Part shown: positions 60,781 to 64,000 of the stretch, piece after piece | Layout of the letters: each line of letters opens with the position of its first letter | Numbering within the stretch: position 1 is the stretch's first letter | Origin: Patescibacteria group bacterium | GTDB lineage: Bacteria > Patescibacteriota > Dojkabacteria > J137 | Direction of reading: 5' to 3' | DNA length: 64,000 nt | NCBI GenBank assembly: GCA_016861265.1 | Contig: BOLA01000001.1 | Location: forward strand, 11,569-75,568 | Notes under the pieces: model-generated | What the model was told of the DNA's origin: nothing | What the model saw: only the letters and a program-made list of their open reading frames with translations | Database searches by the model: none | Position numbers and translations under genes: made by a program

Positions 60781-60854
60781 TATTGAATTATATAAACAAA
60801 AAAATATATACGCAACTGTTTTTTTTTATTTATGGCAAATATTTATTGAAGGTG

Positions 60855-61003
60855 GTAAAAGTTGGAGGCTAGCTCAAGTGCAGCCGACCTCCAACCTTCG
60901 TCTAAGGTATTCCCCTAGACACTAACGGAACCCATCAGGTCATCTGTCTACACAGTACCAATGGAGAATTCCGTACTCAAGCCGTATAAAAATGATCTTG
61001 AGT
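60855..61003 (-). ncRNA. Unidentified structured RNA (RNA A)
   Basis: Four consecutive hairpins with G-U pairs on the minus strand; promoter TTGCGC-N17-TATAAT at 61010-61038. Confidence 0.65.
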
Positions 61004-61074
61004 AAATAAATTATATTAGTATTAAATTAACTGCGCAATATTTAAATGTATAATAAAGTATTTAAATTAAAATT

Positions 61075-61563
61075 ATGGATAAAGGCAATATTATAGTTCA
61101 AAAAATTAAGAACTTACTGGAACAAAATAATGTAGACTATAGGTACATGGAACATGAGCCCACACCAACCAGTGAAGACGCCGCAAGGGTTAGAGGAACA
61201 AAACCGGAAGAAGGCGCTAAGGCAATAATTTTAAGAACTTCTAAAACTAATAAAAATGTAATGGTTGTTCTACCCGGAAATTTAAAAATAAACTCAAAGA
61301 ATGTAAAAAACTATATTGCAGAAGATATAAGTTTTGAGGATCCCAATATTATATTGCAGAAATTTGGATTAATAATAGGTGGTGTTCCACCATTTGCAAA
61401 TTTAATAGACAATCAAATTATTTTTTTAATAGATGAAAAGTTATTCTTAAATGAAAATATTTCGTTTAATTGCGGAAAAAAGACTGCATCAATTACAATG
61501 AATGCTAAAGAATATAAAACAATAATTGAAGAATATGCGACTGTAGGAAATTTCGCTAAATGA
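61075..61563 (+). CDS. YbaK/ProX-family aminoacyl-tRNA deacylase
   Basis: HEPTPTSEDAARVRG, GAKAII, GGVPPF, FNCG. Confidence 0.9.
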   Translation: MDKGNIIVQKIKNLLEQNNVDYRYMEHEPTPTSEDAARVRGTKPEEGAKAIILRTSKTNKNVMVVLPGNLKINSKNVKNYIAEDISFEDPNIILQKFGLIIGGVPPFANLIDNQIIFLIDEKLFLNENISFNCGKKTASITMNAKEYKTIIEEYATVGNFAK

Positions 61564-61968
61564 TGTCAAAAATAAATACTAAAAGTATTTGTTTTAATAC
61601 GCTTTATAGCATGTATTAAAGTAGATTTTATGAATATCCAAGCGCTTGGTGTTCCGAAATATTTTGGTAAACGGTTCGCGTACATACCATAAGTACACAA
61701 AGGATTTTGCCTACTTACAGCAACTTACTGTCTCTTAATATTCCGAAACTATTCGACATAATCTTAGCAATTTTCAGCCCTCAATTCAATACTCTAAAAC
61801 ACATCAATTCCTAAAACGATTAACTGTCTCAAAATAATCTAAGAGAAAATTTTCTTATAAGTCATTTTCAAGCCTATAGTTTTAAATTGCTCTTACGTAT
61901 ATGTAAATCTTTTTTTAAAATCAAAAATCATTTAGAATAAGATTAAATGTATTACACATATTAATTTC

Positions 61969-63201
61969 ATGATAAAAAAAATATCACTTTTGATTTTAAT
62001 TTTAATAGCAGCTGTACCGGTATATGCACAGAATCTAAATTCAACTACATATACTTTAATTGCACCCTCTATTGATTCTAATTCAGGAATATCGAATTCA
62101 ACTAACTATTCAATACTGCAAGATTCCTCACCTGTGGATGATTACATTACAACGAGTTCAACCTACAGATTTACCGGAGGAACTGCTGAGTTTATAGAAG
62201 CAAAAACGCCATCTATAATATGTTTTGAAACATCAACTAATAGTAGCACTACAACCTGTACAGGAGTACCTGGAGGAGATGGAATGAGAGGCGTTTGTTC
62301 TAGTCCAGGTTGCTACGATAGGGCAAAACTGGAATTTAACACGCAAAATAACAGCGACGATGTTAAATATGCGATTCAAATAGCAACTAACGCAGCTTTT
62401 ACAACAGGAGTACAGTATATAAGTGGTGCCAGCCATACTCCAAAGGCTACATTAACCCTTTCAGATTTTCTATATCAATGCGAGTGGGAAGGTAATATCT
62501 ATTCATCATACTGTGTATCTACAAATACCACATACCAAAAATACAATATTCTTGGATTAACGCATGGGACTCTTTACTATATAAGAGTAGCTGCACTTAA
62601 AGGTTCAACCTCAGCTGCTAATTTTACCCAAAGTGATTGGAGTGCATCTGCAACTGCTACGACACAAAATACAACCATTAGTTTTGATATTGATATTGCT
62701 CCAAATTCATCAACACCGACTAATCCTCCTTACGCATTAAGAAATATAAATATAATCCCTGAAAGTACATTTGTATCTGATGATTATTTATTCTTAAAAT
62801 CAACTACGAATGCATTAAATGGAGTTTATGTTACTGCATCTGTTGCCGGTAGTTTGTTATACAATAATATTACAGGAGACACCATAGATACTTATTCCGG
62901 AGACCTAGATACACAGGCCAGTGGTTGGGGAATAATTAATATAACAGCAACAAATTCTGCTTCAAACACAGCAAACCTAGGAGATATAATTATTTATACT
63001 TTTCCAGTTGATTTTACGGAAACAGGTGCCGCGAACAAAGTTGGTGGACTATTAACTTCACCAAGACCCCTATTTTATTCGGATCTAAAACCATTGTACA
63101 ATGGAGTTGCAGGTTTTAAGTTTAAAGCCAGAACCGATTATAGCAAGCCAGCCGGGCAATATAGCCAGACAATGTATATAAACGTAGCAACTCTTAACTA
63201 A
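61969..63201 (+). CDS. Secreted protein with an FN3-like segment and a WxL/pilin-like C-terminal domain
   Basis: Signal peptide; GLTHGTLYYIRVAA; SGWGI; KPAGQYSQTMYI. Confidence 0.7.
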   Translation: MIKKISLLILILIAAVPVYAQNLNSTTYTLIAPSIDSNSGISNSTNYSILQDSSPVDDYITTSSTYRFTGGTAEFIEAKTPSIICFETSTNSSTTTCTGVPGGDGMRGVCSSPGCYDRAKLEFNTQNNSDDVKYAIQIATNAAFTTGVQYISGASHTPKATLTLSDFLYQCEWEGNIYSSYCVSTNTTYQKYNILGLTHGTLYYIRVAALKGSTSAANFTQSDWSASATATTQNTTISFDIDIAPNSSTPTNPPYALRNINIIPESTFVSDDYLFLKSTTNALNGVYVTASVAGSLLYNNITGDTIDTYSGDLDTQASGWGIINITATNSASNTANLGDIIIYTFPVDFTETGAANKVGGLLTSPRPLFYSDLKPLYNGVAGFKFKARTDYSKPAGQYSQTMYINVATLN

Positions 63202-63222
63202 TTTATATTTTATTAAATTTTT

Positions 63223-64000
63223 ATGATAGATTTAGGAATATCAGACGCTTTCACGAGCCTGTTTCGAGAAAGAAGATGGTGGGTTAAGCTTGGGTTAATT
63301 TCTGCACTAACTTTTTTCATAACCGTTCTTTCTTTAGTTGTAGAACTAATTAAACCAGAAAAAGGAGTAATAAATGCCAAAACTATTACATCCGTGGAAT
63401 ATACTTCCGTAATGATTTTCAGTGTAATCTCACTTATATTAATTGCTGTATTGTTAATCTCTTCACTTTGGTACACATACGAAAATATTCAAGCAGGAAT
63501 TCAGAAAAGACAAACCAAACTAGTTTGGGAGTATTCAGTATCTAATACTCTAAAGAAGATAGGTAAATACTTTATAGTATCTATAGTTTATGGGGTAATA
63601 GGACTAATTTTATTAATTATATTTGTAGGCATACCGGCACTTATTGTTTTTTCCTTAAGCTTTGCACTATTTCAAGGTGAACCTAAGGATTTATATCAGC
63701 TCGTACCATTCCTTATTGTTTTGATCTGCTGTGTATTTGGAGTAATATTATTTGTAGTGTCATTAGTATTCTCATTATTTACTACACCGGGCTATTTAAG
63801 ACTTATAGCAACTAACACCTTCAGTGAAGCATTCCACTTTGGTTCTAACTGGAGAATAGGAAAAAAGTACATTTGGTATTTTTTGGGTGTATCGTTATTA
63901 TTCGTGGTGCTAACAGGAGTGATATCTTTTGTATCATCCTTTTTTAGTATATTCGGAGTATCTTTGAGCTTGATTAATCCAATAATGGGTCTTATAGTTC
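63223..64000 (+). CDS. DUF4013-like membrane protein, runs off window end
   Basis: Manual translation MIDLGISDAFTSLFRERRWWVKLGLISAL...; multiple TM segments; not listed in the ORF track. Confidence 0.65.
   Translation, partial: MIDLGISDAFTSLFRERRWWVKLGLISALTFFITVLSLVVELIKPEKGVINAKTITSVEYTSVMIFSVISLILIAVLLISSLWYTYENIQAGIQKRQTKLVWEYSVSNTLKKIGKYFIVSIVYGVIGLILLIIFVGIPALIVFSLSFALFQGEPKDLYQLVPFLIVLICCVFGVILFVVSLVFSLFTTPGYLRLIATNTFSEAFHFGSNWRIGKKYIWYFLGVSLLFVVLTGVISFVSSFFSIFGVSLSLINPIMGLIV

Noticed and set aside
60848-60862. T-box-like GAAGGTGGTA
   Set aside because: Lacks the ACC/GCG continuation, has no stem I upstream, and G-U asymmetry favours the opposite strand
60650-60925. 91-aa plus-strand ORF
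   Set aside because: Spans two structured GC-rich RNAs and a promoter on the opposite strand; no protein-like features
61564-61968. Possible IS or gene remnant
   Set aside because: Short broken frames with no convincing transposase motif or terminal repeats
63213-63476. Minus-strand 87-aa ORF and other short antisense ORFs in the track
   Set aside because: Shadows of longer genes on the opposite strand
1-64000. CRISPR array, prophage, integrase, rRNA
   Set aside because: No repeat-spacer array, phage or recombinase genes, or rRNA motifs seen

Overview
AT-rich bacterial chromosomal segment with about 60 CDSs. The gene content (housekeeping, surface and glycosylation genes, no amino-acid biosynthesis, many apparently leaderless starts) suggests a reduced-genome CPR/Patescibacteria organism; this is an inference. 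Recognisable genes include rluB-like, dnaE, hrcA-grpE-dnaK with two CIRCE operators, mutS, a Gld-like ABC exporter, pepF, msrB, ZIP plus Zur with a palindromic operator, pyrD, efp-epmA, rsmE, gatA, cysS, aspS-asnS and three tRNAs (Ala-GGC, Gly-TCC, Asn-GTT). The best candidate for an undescribed system is absent from the ORF track: two ribosome-dependent transcription attenuators in front of aminoacyl-tRNA synthetase operons. A Cys-rich leader peptide (MNTKFNTKKVQFCCCLCNLYLGGC, 55070-55144, minus) precedes orf-cysS. An Asn-rich leader peptide (MNRIQLNNNNNDNYCL, 60547-60597, minus) precedes tRNA-Asn, a small ORF, aspS and asnS. Each is followed by an intrinsic terminator and carries a copy of the terminator 3' arm at its stop codon that can act as an antiterminator. 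Directly upstream of the Asn leader lie two tandem structured RNAs that I cannot assign to a family, each with its own sigma70-like promoter. A WxL/DUF916-like surface cluster has one pair of genes frameshifted, and further pseudogenes lie near 32.7-34.2 kb.
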